DNA from: Bacteroidota bacterium
GTDB taxonomy: Bacteria; Bacteroidota; Bacteroidia; Chitinophagales; Chitinophagaceae
NCBI GenBank assembly: GCA_031413675.1
Contig: JANOFP010000527.1
Span: 1-32,989 of the forward strand
Length of the DNA: 32,989 bases
Direction: 5' to 3'
Below, piece after piece: positions 6,841 to 16,600 of this stretch. The translations under genes were made by a program, and so were the position numbers. Within the stretch, counting starts at the first letter, position 1. Every line of letters starts with the position of its first letter. A model generated the notes under the pieces. It searched no databases and was not told the origin of the DNA. It saw only the letters and a program-made list of their open reading frames with translations.

Positions 6841-8070
6841 TCAATCTGCCAAAAGTACTATTTTGTTTTTAATGATATGATATAGTTTAATGGTAAGGGC
6901 ATGGAAGAGCATTTTGGCGTTGGCATTGCGTTCTATATAATAAACCGCCCTGTCAAGCTCCTCTACTATAGCCTGTTGCTGGCTGATGTCGGCTATTTTA
7001 TTAATTCGGTTTGCAAAATCATTTTCAGAGCTGTCAGTGGCTTCAATACCTATGGGGCTGGTGATGCGCAAATGAATACTTTGTTCTAACAGGTGATTAA
7101 AATAGCGGAGAAACTGTTTTTGTTTTTCCCTGCCAAGCCTGCTTATCTCTTCCACCCATTTAGTTTGAGCAGCTGGCCCCGTTTTTAAAATTGCATTCAG
7201 CCAGTCCCGTAATAAACTTTGCCAATCTTCATCGGCATGTTGTAATTGCTGTAAAGCATCCCGGTAATTTCCATCGCTTGTTGCCGCTACCTGCCTTGCT
7301 TTATTCGCATCGGTATTGTTTCTGTTTATCAGTGCATCTGCTATATCCTTTGTTTCAAGCAATGGAATTTTCACCAATTGACATCTCGATACGATTGTTG
7401 GTAGAATTAAGGATTCATTTTCTGCAACCAAGATAAATAAAGTATTGGGTGGCGGCTCTTCAATAATCTTCAACAATTTGTTTCCTTCTTTTTCCAGGTA
7501 CTCGGGCATCCAGAGAATTAATATTTTATAGGGGCTTTCAAAACTTTTCAGACTTAGTTTCTTAATAATGTCATTGCATTCAAGTGCCGTTATATTTCCT
7601 TGCTTGTTTTCTGCTCCTATAAACTGAAGCCAGTCATATATATTTCCATAAGGGTAGCCTTTTATAAATTCTCGCCACTCGGTTATATAATCTGTACTGA
7701 TAGGTGGTTTGCCCGATTTGTTTGTTACAACAGGATAGGAAAAATGAATATCAGGATGAACGAGTTCATTTGCTTTTTTACAACCGGAGCAAATGCCGCA
7801 GGAATCTGAAGGTGAGTGGTGAGTGGTGAGTGATGAGTGTGAAGGCTCATCTCCAAACAAAGAAGGTTCTGAGTGCTGATTGCCGACTGCTGACTGTTTG
7901 TCGCCAGTTTTTTCGCAAACAACATACTGGGCAAATGCAAGAGCAAGCTGTAATGCACCACTTCCTTCTTTACCTAAAAACAATAATGCATGAGCCAGCC
8001 TGTTTGTTTGCATCATATCAGCTAATTGATGCTTTACGTTTTGTTGTGCTATGATAGAAGAAAATTGCAT
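6841..8070 (-). CDS. holB: DNA polymerase III subunit delta' (clamp-loader AAA+), carrying a 28-aa repeat-derived insert
   Basis: The N-terminus has AHALLFLGKEGSG. A zinc-module CGICSGC is followed by HPDIHF, and the SRC motif TIVSRCQ is present. The gene is adjacent to ricT. Confidence 0.85.
   Translation of the reverse strand: MQFSSIIAQQNVKHQLADMMQTNRLAHALLFLGKEGSGALQLALAFAQYVVCEKTGDKQSAVGNQHSEPSLFGDEPSHSSLTTHHSPSDSCGICSGCKKANELVHPDIHFSYPVVTNKSGKPPISTDYITEWREFIKGYPYGNIYDWLQFIGAENKQGNITALECNDIIKKLSLKSFESPYKILILWMPEYLEKEGNKLLKIIEEPPPNTLFILVAENESLILPTIVSRCQLVKIPLLETKDIADALINRNNTDANKARQVAATSDGNYRDALQQLQHADEDWQSLLRDWLNAILKTGPAAQTKWVEEISRLGREKQKQFLRYFNHLLEQSIHLRITSPIGIEATDSSENDFANRINKIADISQQQAIVEELDRAVYYIERNANAKMLFHALTIKLYHIIKNKIVLLAD
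7813..7896 (-). repeat. Two-part heptamer-array module in frame in holB (4 x CAGTCAG-type, a 28-nt spacer, 4 x CCACTCA-type)
   Basis: On the plus strand the units are TGAGTGG x2, TGAGTGA and TGAGTGT (7813-7840), and CTGAGTG, CTGATTG, CCGACTG and CTGACTG (7869-7896). The 84 nt equal 12 x 7 and correspond to codons 59-86 exactly. Confidence 0.8.
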
Positions 8071-8094
8071 GAACTGCGAATATAAATCTTCTTA

Positions 8095-8127
8095 CAAATA
8101 AAAAAGCGTTGAAAAAATTTCAACGCT
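8095..8127 (-). terminator. Intrinsic terminator after the glutathione peroxidase gene
   Basis: A 10-bp stem AGCGTTGAAA/TTTCAACGCT is followed on the minus strand by TTTTTTATTTG. Confidence 0.75.
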
Positions 8128-8149
8128 TACACTTTTATAAATTAATAGT

Positions 8150-8668
8150 TTAATTAAGCCATTTCAGTATTTCCTCGCTCATTGGTTTTGTTTTTGGAGA
8201 GAACACAGCGATCAGCTCACCTTTTTCATTCACCAAAAATTTTCCAAAATTCCAGTTTACGGGATCTGTAAATCCTTTTGCTGCAGCTTGCTCTTTCAGG
8301 TAAACATATAAAGGATGTGTATCTTTTCCTTTTACAGAAATTTTTTCAGCCATTGGAAATGTAACTCCAAAATTCTTTTTACAAAATTCTTTTATCACCT
8401 CATTTGATTCGGGTTCCTGTCCACCAAAATTATTTGCGGGAAAACCGATTATAACCAGTTTGTCCTTGTATTTTTCATATAGTTTTTGCAATTCGTCGTA
8501 TTGGGGAGTATTGCCGCATTTAGAAGCTGTATTTACAATCATTATTTTTTTCCCTTTATATGAAGAAAAATCAATTTGATTGCCATCCAATCCAGGTACT
8601 TTGAAATCGTAAAGTGAAGTGCCGGTTAATGTGACTGCGAGCAGCATTGTAATAAAAAATGATTTCAT
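8150..8668 (-). CDS. Glutathione peroxidase family protein, Cys-type, with signal peptide
   Basis: Motifs NTASKCGNTPQY, FPANNFGGQEP and WNFGKFL are present. Confidence 0.9.
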   Translation of the reverse strand: MKSFFITMLLAVTLTGTSLYDFKVPGLDGNQIDFSSYKGKKIMIVNTASKCGNTPQYDELQKLYEKYKDKLVIIGFPANNFGGQEPESNEVIKEFCKKNFGVTFPMAEKISVKGKDTHPLYVYLKEQAAAKGFTDPVNWNFGKFLVNEKGELIAVFSPKTKPMSEEILKWLN

Positions 8669-8733
8669 GATTTATATTTTTAATTAAGAGGATAACAAAG
8701 TTAAGCTTGTGTTGTTCAGTTTTAGTAAAATTT

Positions 8734-10134
8734 TTATTGTTTTTCAAAACAACCCAAATCAGGTCTTATTCCCACACTACGAGGTTTTCCATCTAAATCA
8801 AGTGCTATTGCAGTTACTACTCCTGCATCCTTTGCGGGTGAAGTTGATTTTAGCCTGAAATCATAATATTTTTCAGAAACATTAATACTATCGAACTGTG
8901 GAGTTTGATTATTGATAATTCCGGTTGCAATAACATTGGCAGGTGAAGTAGTTACCTTCCATAAATTGTTTTGAAAATTTACATTAAAAGCAGCAGCGTT
9001 ATTTTTAACTGTTACTACTTCATCATCCACAATTCCGTTTTCGCCCCAGATAATACAATTACGGAATATTGCATTCAGGTCGGCCGGTGCAGGTACGTTG
9101 TTTATGGTAATGAAATTTGCAAGTGTTACAGAAGGGTTTCGATGCAATTGATAACTGTTGGAATAGGTTACCATGGTACAATGTTGAAAAGAATACGAAC
9201 CGCCTTTATAAATAGCAACATTCTTACCGCAATTACTGATTAAACAGTTTCGTGCAGTTATGCTGCTATTGATTGAAATAATTCCTGCATCATAAGCATT
9301 GTCAATTACACATTCATTCAATGTTAATTTAGGATTTGCATTTGGAGATGGATCCTGAACGCCCAATGCCTGATAAGCATTTTTAATAACTGCATAGTTG
9401 AGTACATTGTCTTTACTGGTTGCCCTGAAAAAAATTCCGGGCCAACTTGCCGGAAAATCTTTGTAAGGTTCATCTAATCTATCGCCACGAAAATAAACAC
9501 GGTTACTGGTATCTTTCAATCCATTTATTTGCAAAGTGCCATCAACAACGATTGGCGCATCGGCATGAACATAAATACGGCAACTATTATTTATGGTCAG
9601 GGTTTTATTTACATCCACAAATAAAGAACCGAGAATAACATACGGCAAATCATTATTCCAGATTTCATTTGTTGTTATTGCTCTGTTGCGGAAGAAATGT
9701 GCATTTTGCCCCCAGGCCTCCAACTGAACTAATTTATTATTCCCATTATAATTTATATTAATACTGTCACGAATAACAAATGGAAGATTATTTGCATTCT
9801 GATTTACATTTACCTGTACAAAAACATAGATGCTGTCTTTGGCATCTATTTCAATATTCTGAATTTCGGGGCCAACAATTCCGTCTACATTTATTTTAAA
9901 TAAAGAAGAATTGCCGCCCAACAATTTTACTGATGAAACTTTTAATTTCTGATTATTATCATTTTTAATAATAAAATATTGGGTTGTGGAGCCGGATGTT
10001 ACAAATACTGTATCAAACTTTAAGGTGTCGGCAGTAATGGTAACTCTTGCATCGGATGTTGTAATGAACGTATCTTTTTTACAGGAATTTAAAATCAGTA
10101 AAATGATTATGGATAGAATACTGGTTGTCTTCAT
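8734..10134 (-). CDS. Right-handed parallel beta-helix lipoprotein (choice-of-anchor-Q-like C-terminus)
   Basis: I moved the start to Met34 of the listed ORF, giving MKTTSILSIIILLILNSC with a lipobox Cys. The upstream 33 codons are translated from a REP-like hairpin. The C-terminus DLDGKPR...PDLGCFE is typical of beta-helix repeat proteins. Confidence 0.75.
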   Translation of the reverse strand: MKTTSILSIIILLILNSCKKDTFITTSDARVTITADTLKFDTVFVTSGSTTQYFIIKNDNNQKLKVSSVKLLGGNSSLFKINVDGIVGPEIQNIEIDAKDSIYVFVQVNVNQNANNLPFVIRDSININYNGNNKLVQLEAWGQNAHFFRNRAITTNEIWNNDLPYVILGSLFVDVNKTLTINNSCRIYVHADAPIVVDGTLQINGLKDTSNRVYFRGDRLDEPYKDFPASWPGIFFRATSKDNVLNYAVIKNAYQALGVQDPSPNANPKLTLNECVIDNAYDAGIISINSSITARNCLISNCGKNVAIYKGGSYSFQHCTMVTYSNSYQLHRNPSVTLANFITINNVPAPADLNAIFRNCIIWGENGIVDDEVVTVKNNAAAFNVNFQNNLWKVTTSPANVIATGIINNQTPQFDSINVSEKYYDFRLKSTSPAKDAGVVTAIALDLDGKPRSVGIRPDLGCFEKQ

Positions 10135-10175
10135 GGAGTTCAAAAATAGTTGAAGTATTTTGATTTTCCTTCCTC

Positions 10176-10199
10176 CCCTTCTCCATTTATGGAGAAGGG
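10176..10199. repeat. REP-like hairpin CCCTTCTCCAT-TT-ATGGAGAAGGG between comF and the lipoprotein gene
   Basis: The stem is 9-11 bp, seen directly. It resembles GC-rich hairpin repeats common in Bacteroidota spacers (from memory). Confidence 0.5.
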
Positions 10200-10211
10200 T
10201 AAGGGATGAGG

Positions 10212-10913
10212 CTATATGCGGGAAGCAAAGCAAAGTGTTGCAATACTCAATTTCACATTTTCAGCTTTCAGGAGCTCAGTACCACAAGCATCCAAAGTAG
10301 CACCAGTGGTTACTACATCATCTACTAACAATAAATGTTTGCCAGAAATCTTTTCAGGCTTAATTATAAAAAATTTACCATCCATATTTTTCCATCTTTC
10401 CACTCTTCCTTTTTTGGTTTGAGTTTCTGTATGTTCTGGCCTTATTATTATATCGCTTAAAACGGGGACATTAATTATTTCTGCCATACCCTCGCATAAT
10501 AATGTTGCCTGATTATACCCTCTTCTTTTTTCTTTACCTGGGAACAGGGGTAATGGAATCAAAGCATCTACTATAAAACGACCCGATTGTTTAAAATTTT
10601 GAGCCATCATTCTTCCCATTTGCAAACACAAGTCTTTATTGTTTTTGTACTTAAACTGATGCATTAGATGCTGTACCATTGATTCTTTTGTAAAATAATA
10701 AGTAGCGGCGGCGCCTTCCAATTTCAACCTGCCCCAGAATATTTTTTCAACCGGGTTGCCGGCATGTTTTTCAAAACTTGTTTCGGGCAATGCATGAATG
10801 CAACGCATACATAAGGAAGATTCGATATTTAATAAATCACTTCCGCATCCGCTGCATACATGCGGAAATACCATTTGTAGAATTGATTCCTTTATTTCTT
10901 TTAAATGAATCAT
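10212..10913 (-). CDS. comF: ComF family protein (phosphoribosyltransferase domain)
   Basis: The N-terminus has CxxC...CxxC (CSGCG, CMRC), and the PRTase loop LLLVDDVVTTGATL is present. It lies 6 nt downstream of radA. Confidence 0.85.
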   Translation of the reverse strand: MIHLKEIKESILQMVFPHVCSGCGSDLLNIESSLCMRCIHALPETSFEKHAGNPVEKIFWGRLKLEGAAATYYFTKESMVQHLMHQFKYKNNKDLCLQMGRMMAQNFKQSGRFIVDALIPLPLFPGKEKRRGYNQATLLCEGMAEIINVPVLSDIIIRPEHTETQTKKGRVERWKNMDGKFFIIKPEKISGKHLLLVDDVVTTGATLDACGTELLKAENVKLSIATLCFASRI

Positions 10914-10919
10914 AAAAAA

Positions 10920-12314
10920 TTAAAACAATAATTTATATACTTCTTCTACCGTTCCCATTGTAATTACTTCAATGCCTGCCTGCCGGTCAGGCAGGTTGAA
11001 TTTTTGTTTCCCAATTCCTTTCTGGTTGTATTTAGAAATAATAATTTTTTCAAATCCCAATTTTTCTGCTTCAGCAATTCTTTGTTCTATCCTGTTTACT
11101 GCTCTGATTTCTCCGCTCAATCCAACTTCGCCAGCAAAACAAATTTGCTGAGTTAGCGGCGTATCATCATAGGAAGATAGCAATGCACAAATAATAGCAA
11201 GGTCAGTTGAAGGGTCTTCTACTTTTAATCCACCGGCAATATTTAAAAAAACATCTTTTACACCAAAATGAAATCCCCCTCTTTTTTCCAGTACAGCAAG
11301 CAATAGCTGCAGTCTTCTTAAATCGAAACCACTTACTGTTCTTTGCGGTGTACCATAAACTGATTGTGTAACCAATGCCTGCACTTCTATTAATAAGGGT
11401 CGCATTCCTTCCATCATTGCTGCTATAGCAATACCACTTAAATTTTCTTCTTTTTGTGTAATTAAAATTTCACTGGGGTTTAAAACTCCCCGCATTCCTG
11501 CATCTGTCATCTCATAAATACCTAATTCCGAAGTGCTGCCAAAACGGTTTTTAAGTGTTCTTAAAATCCGGTATGCGTGATGACGATCGCCTTCAAATTG
11601 TAAAACCGTATCCACCATATGCTCAAGAATTTTTGGACCAGCTATACTGCCATCTTTAGTTATGTGGCCAATTAAAAAAACAGGAGTATTCGTTTCTTTT
11701 GCAAACCGTTGAAATTCGGATGTACATTCTCTGATTTGCGATACACTGCCAGGCGATGATTCAATATAAGGCGTCTGTAATGTTTGTATAGAATCAATGA
11801 TTACTAACTGCGGTTTTAATTTTTTTATTTCCTGAAAAATAACCTGTGTGGATGTTTCTGTAAGCAGATAAAATTTTTCATTCTTTAATTGCAATCTGTC
11901 TGCACGCATTTTAATCTGCAACTCACTTTCTTCGCCACTTATATAAAGAACAGTTGTGTCCTTCATCCATAACCCGTTTTGTAAAAACAAAGTTGATTTG
12001 CCAATGCCCGGTTCGCCAGCAACTAAAACAATACTACCCGGAACAATGCCTCCACCTAACACACGATTTAATTCAACATCCGCTGTTAGCAATCTTTTTT
12101 CTCCAGTTGTTATTATTTCATTTAATTGAATTGTTCTTTCAGTTCGGGGTTCAGCATTATAATCCTTCCATCCATTATTATTTTTAGTTGTATCCTTCTG
12201 AATTATTTCTTCTACAAATGTATTCCACTGACTACAAGAAGGACATTGACCTGCCCATTTAACTGTCTCATATCCGCAGTTCTGACAAAAAAAACTTGTT
12301 TTCACTTTACTCAT
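10920..12314 (-). CDS. radA: DNA repair protein RadA/Sms
   Basis: It has the zinc finger CQNCGYETVKWAGQCPSC, Walker A GEPGIGKST, a KNRFG motif and a Lon-like C-terminal domain. Confidence 0.95.
   Translation of the reverse strand: MSKVKTSFFCQNCGYETVKWAGQCPSCSQWNTFVEEIIQKDTTKNNNGWKDYNAEPRTERTIQLNEIITTGEKRLLTADVELNRVLGGGIVPGSIVLVAGEPGIGKSTLFLQNGLWMKDTTVLYISGEESELQIKMRADRLQLKNEKFYLLTETSTQVIFQEIKKLKPQLVIIDSIQTLQTPYIESSPGSVSQIRECTSEFQRFAKETNTPVFLIGHITKDGSIAGPKILEHMVDTVLQFEGDRHHAYRILRTLKNRFGSTSELGIYEMTDAGMRGVLNPSEILITQKEENLSGIAIAAMMEGMRPLLIEVQALVTQSVYGTPQRTVSGFDLRRLQLLLAVLEKRGGFHFGVKDVFLNIAGGLKVEDPSTDLAIICALLSSYDDTPLTQQICFAGEVGLSGEIRAVNRIEQRIAEAEKLGFEKIIISKYNQKGIGKQKFNLPDRQAGIEVITMGTVEEVYKLLF
10975..10995. 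repeat. 21-nt GC hairpin element, perfect copy inside the radA CDS (encodes LPDRQAG)
   Basis: CCTGCCTG-CCGGT-CAGGCAGG has 8-bp perfect arms. It has the same orientation and reading frame as the ricT copy. Confidence 0.8.
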
Positions 12315-12444
12315 AAAAATAAAGTTAGCAATTACACTTTCTTAATGATGCAATTAATTTAAAAGATGAAAAATAAATTGATTGAAAAAAATAAACAGGA
12401 GCAACAGTAGAAAGAAACTTAACAGAGAATACCTTTAGCATATT

Positions 12445-12477
12445 ACAAGATAAAAGGGCCAATCTTTCGATTAACCC
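12445..12477 (-). terminator. Orphan terminator-like hairpin upstream of radA
   Basis: On the minus strand it reads GGGUUAAUC-GAAA-GAUUGGCCC (9 bp including 2 G-U pairs) followed by UUUUAUCUUGU. On the plus strand the same positions are C-A mismatches. Confidence 0.4.
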
Positions 12478-12800
12478 TCTTACTTACTAACCCATTAAAT
12501 TCTGGCACTAAGTTACAATTCTGATCCACACTACAAAATAAATTTTTATGTCTGTGAATAACTTTTCATTAGTAACATTAACGTAATATAGTTACCTCGT
12601 ACTATAAAGAAAAAAATTTTAGATGGATGATAAACAGCTACTTGGCTATATTAATCTGCCCCATAATTTAAGGTAAGCCAGACTTCTTATTATATCAGCC
12701 AAATAATGAATCAGATGACAAAAAGGCTGTATTTTTCAGTTTAAACCTGATTGGTAAAAGATTTGCAATCAGCTATCTCTAACAAAAATTAATTAAAAAA

Positions 12801-13487
12801 ATGAATCAGGAAATTTTTATTGTTTCAATCGCTTTCATAGGCATTAGTATGCTTGTTTCAATGGTTCTTAAAAACAAATTTGCGGCATTTAGCAAAATTG
12901 GATTGACAAACAAAATGACTGGAAAGGAGATAGCAGAAAAAATGCTTCGGGACAATGGCATCTATGATGTAAAAGTTGTTTCAGTTGAAGGTTTTTTATC
13001 CGACCATTATAATCCGGCAAACAAAACAGTGAATTTAAGCCCAGAAGTCTATCAGGGATCTAGTATAGCCTCGGCTGCGGTTGCCGCACATGAATGTGGA
13101 CATGCTGTACAACATGCAACTGAATATACATGGCTTAATCTTAGAAGCAAATTAGTGCCAGCTGTTCAGTTCAGCAGCAATATTGTACACTGGATATTAT
13201 TAATAGGAGTTGTATTGATAAATAGATTCCCTCAATTATTGCTGATAGGTATCATCTTATTTACAGTTACTGCCCTTTTTTCAGTTATAACACTACCAGT
13301 TGAGTTTGACGCAAGCCGCAGGGCATTAATTTGGTTGCAAAACACAAATATTGCTAATCAACAGGAATTTCCAAAAGCAAAGAGTGCTTTAAAGTGGGCA
13401 GCAACCACCTATGTAGTAGCTGCATTAGCTGCAGTTGTAACTTTAGCTCAATATATTATGCTATACCTGAGTAGGCAAAGGAATTAG
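12801..13487 (+). CDS. Zinc metallopeptidase, YugP-like membrane protein
   Basis: It has an HECGHAVQH zinc motif with flanking transmembrane helices. Confidence 0.85.
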   Translation: MNQEIFIVSIAFIGISMLVSMVLKNKFAAFSKIGLTNKMTGKEIAEKMLRDNGIYDVKVVSVEGFLSDHYNPANKTVNLSPEVYQGSSIASAAVAAHECGHAVQHATEYTWLNLRSKLVPAVQFSSNIVHWILLIGVVLINRFPQLLLIGIILFTVTALFSVITLPVEFDASRRALIWLQNTNIANQQEFPKAKSALKWAATTYVVAALAAVVTLAQYIMLYLSRQRN

Positions 13488-13608
13488 TTTTTTTAGAAAA
13501 TTATATTGATTTATTAAAAACAATGCAGCAATTTGTATGGTTTTTTTTGTCTATTAAATGTTTCTATTCTATATATTTGACTTCCTTAATTTCAAAAAAA
13601 ACTACGAC

Positions 13609-16600
13609 ATGAGAAAACTTAAACTGCTTATGCTGATTGGATCTCTGTTTTCTATTCAGCTATTATTTGCACAAACCAAAACGGTAAGTGGAAAAATAAC
13701 AGATGCAAAAGATGGTTCACCGCTTGCAGGCGTTTCTGTAAAACCAAAGGGTAATGTAACTGCAGGTACTACAACCGGATTAGATGGTTCATTTAATCTT
13801 TCGGTAGACGCAAAAACTAAAGTGCTGGTGTTCTCCAGCATTGGATATTCCGAAAAGGAAGTAACTATTTCTGATAAAGAAATTGTTATTTCAATGGTAC
13901 AATCGGACAACTCGTTAAGCGAGGTTGTTGTAGTGGGATACGGAACTAAAATTAAGAGAGATATTACAGGTTCAGTTTCAAGGGTAGGCGCAAAAGAACT
14001 TGCAAACACTCCTGTAACAAGTTTTGAAAACGCTTTACAAGGAAGGGCTGCTGGCGTTTTTATTGAACAGCAAAATGGTAAAGTGGGTCAGGGAATTAAA
14101 GTAAGAGTAAGAGGTTCTGCATCTGTTTCTGCAGGAAGTGAGCCTTTATATGTTTTAGATGGTATTCCATTAATAACTACAAATCTTTCCAGTAATGGTG
14201 CTACAACTAATCCGTTAGCAGATATTAATCCAAATGATATTGAATCAATAGAAATATTAAAAGATGCTTCTTCAGCAGCTATCTATGGTTCCCGTGGTTC
14301 AAACGGAGTGGTATTAATTTCCACTAAAAAAGGTAAAGCTGGCAAATCGAAAATTGAGTTTGGTTATTTTACAGGTACACAGAAACCAACTCGTAAGATG
14401 GAATTTATGAATTCTGAGGAGTATGTTCAGCTTTTCAGATTAGCTGCAATTGGCGCAGGCAGACAGGATTTTCTCCGGGGTTTATATCCTACACTTCAGG
14501 CTGCTATTGATGCAAATGTTTTATTCGTTGAGTCAAGAATGACAAGATATTCTGCTGGTAACACCGACTGGCAAACTTATAAAGTAAATACTGACTGGCA
14601 GGCACTCGCATTTCAGGATGCTCCGATATCTCAATACGATCTAAATTTTTCTGGTGGTAACGATAAAACAATTTTTTTCATGGCAGGACAATACCTTGAT
14701 CAAAAAGGCATCATGGTAAGAAATGGATTTAAAAGGTATTCAGGCAGATTAAATCTTGAAAATAAAGTAAGAGATTGGTTAAGTGTTGGAATGAATATGA
14801 ATTTTGCCCGTTCTCTCAACAGTAGAATTTCAAATGACAACGCTTTTTCTACCCCATTACAAATAACTGCTTTATCACCTATCACTCCTGCAATAGACCC
14901 CCGAACTGGACAAACCAGTGGCGCATTGGATAATGCAACCGGATTGCCAAATACTAACTACCCGGTTTATTATAATCCTATTTTGAGTTTAGAAAATGCT
15001 TCTTACGGGACTGCTGTAAACAGAACGATTGGAAATGTTTTTGCAAATGTTACATTGATGAAAGGATTGACATTCAGATCCGAATTTGGTATTGATCAAT
15101 TAAACCAAAATGAAGAAAGCTATAATGGACGAAAAACAAGACGCAATAATGGCGGTGCAACTTTTGGAACAGGATTTTTTACTGCAGACCAGATAATAAA
15201 CGTTAATACCAATAATTTTTTTAGATATGTAACCAGCTTCAAAGGGGCTCATGATTTAGAGGCAGTGGCAGGTACAAGTTATCAGAATTATAAATCATAT
15301 AACTCAACAGGTACCGCCCGGGATTTTCCAAGTGATGCGTTTACAAAATTGGTAAGTGCTTCAACAAAAACTGATGCATCATCTTCAGAAACACAATTTA
15401 CTTTCCTGTCTTATTTTGCAAGAGCAAACTATAAATTTAATAATAAATATCTTTTTTCTATCAGTGGCAGATATGATGGCTCTTCGAGATTTGGAAAAAA
15501 TAACCGGTATGGTTTCTTTCCAGCTGCTTCAGCCGGTTGGATTTTATCGGAAGAGAAATTTTTGTCAAATGTTAAATGGCTAAACTTCCTGAAACTGAAA
15601 GCAAGCTATGGTCAAACGGGTAATGCAGAAATTGGAAATTTTGCTTCCCGGGGTTTATACTCCGGTGATGCGGCGTATGGCGGTCAACCAGGCACAAGAC
15701 CCACACAAATTCCAAACCCAGATTTAACATGGGAAAATACCACCAGCTCAGATATTGGTGTTGAGTTCAGTATTCTTAATAGCAGAATAACTGTAGAAGT
15801 TGACTATTATCAAAGAAAGACAAAAGATCTTTTGTTAAGTGTCGAAGTTCCGGGTACTAGCGGATTTGCAACTCAGCTACGCAATATTGGCAAACTGGAT
15901 AATAAAGGATTTGAATTCACTATCAATTCTGAAAATTTTGTTGGCAAAAATTTCAGATGGTCATCAAGTATTAATTTTGCAGCAAACAAAAACAAGATTA
16001 AAGATCTGAAAGGACAAGTATTGGGCGGTGGTGTAAATAAAGCAAAAGAAGGTTATGCATTGGGCACTTTCTTTGCCCGTGAATTTGCAGGTGCCGACCC
16101 GGCAAATGGAGATGCCTTATATATTAAAAATACGTTGTTGCCAGATGGTAAAAGAGACAGATCAACAACGAATAACTATAACCTGGCAGAAGATGTTGAA
16201 ATCGGAAACCCGAATCCAGATTTTATTTATGGCTTCAGAAATAATTTTTCATACAAAGGAATTGACCTTGATGTATTATTACAAGGTGTTGCTGGTAATG
16301 ATATTTACCTGGCAGGCGGACAATATTTTGCTGCAAGTGGAAGCAATGGCTTTGACAATCAAACCCGGGATCAATTGAAAGCATGGCAAAAACCCGGTGA
16401 TATAACAAATATTCCAGAAGCAAGAACTTTTTACGCAAATGGAGTGAATGCTTCAACCCGGTATATTACCAAAGGATCCTACCTAAGAGTAAAATCTGCC
16501 ACTTTAAGCTATTCACTTCCAAAATCAATTTTAAATAAAATAAAAGTAGATCGGGTGAAAATTTATGTAAGAGGACAAAACCTTTTCACTTTCACAGATT

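Noticed and set aside
7813-7896. Heptamer and octamer arrays as a CRISPR array or other spacer-repeat system
   Set aside because: The units are 7-8 nt and directly tandem, with no unique spacers and no cas genes. They lie inside intact ORFs.
8150-8668. Possible selenocysteine in the glutathione peroxidase
   Set aside because: The active-site residue is an ordinary Cys codon (KCG), and there is no in-frame TGA or downstream SECIS-like hairpin.
10135-10233. Listed start at 10233 for the beta-helix protein, and 13558 for SusC
   Set aside because: The extra residues are translated from a REP-like hairpin (10233) or precede an obvious signal peptide (13558). The internal Met codons at 10134 and 13609 give canonical lipoprotein and signal sequences.
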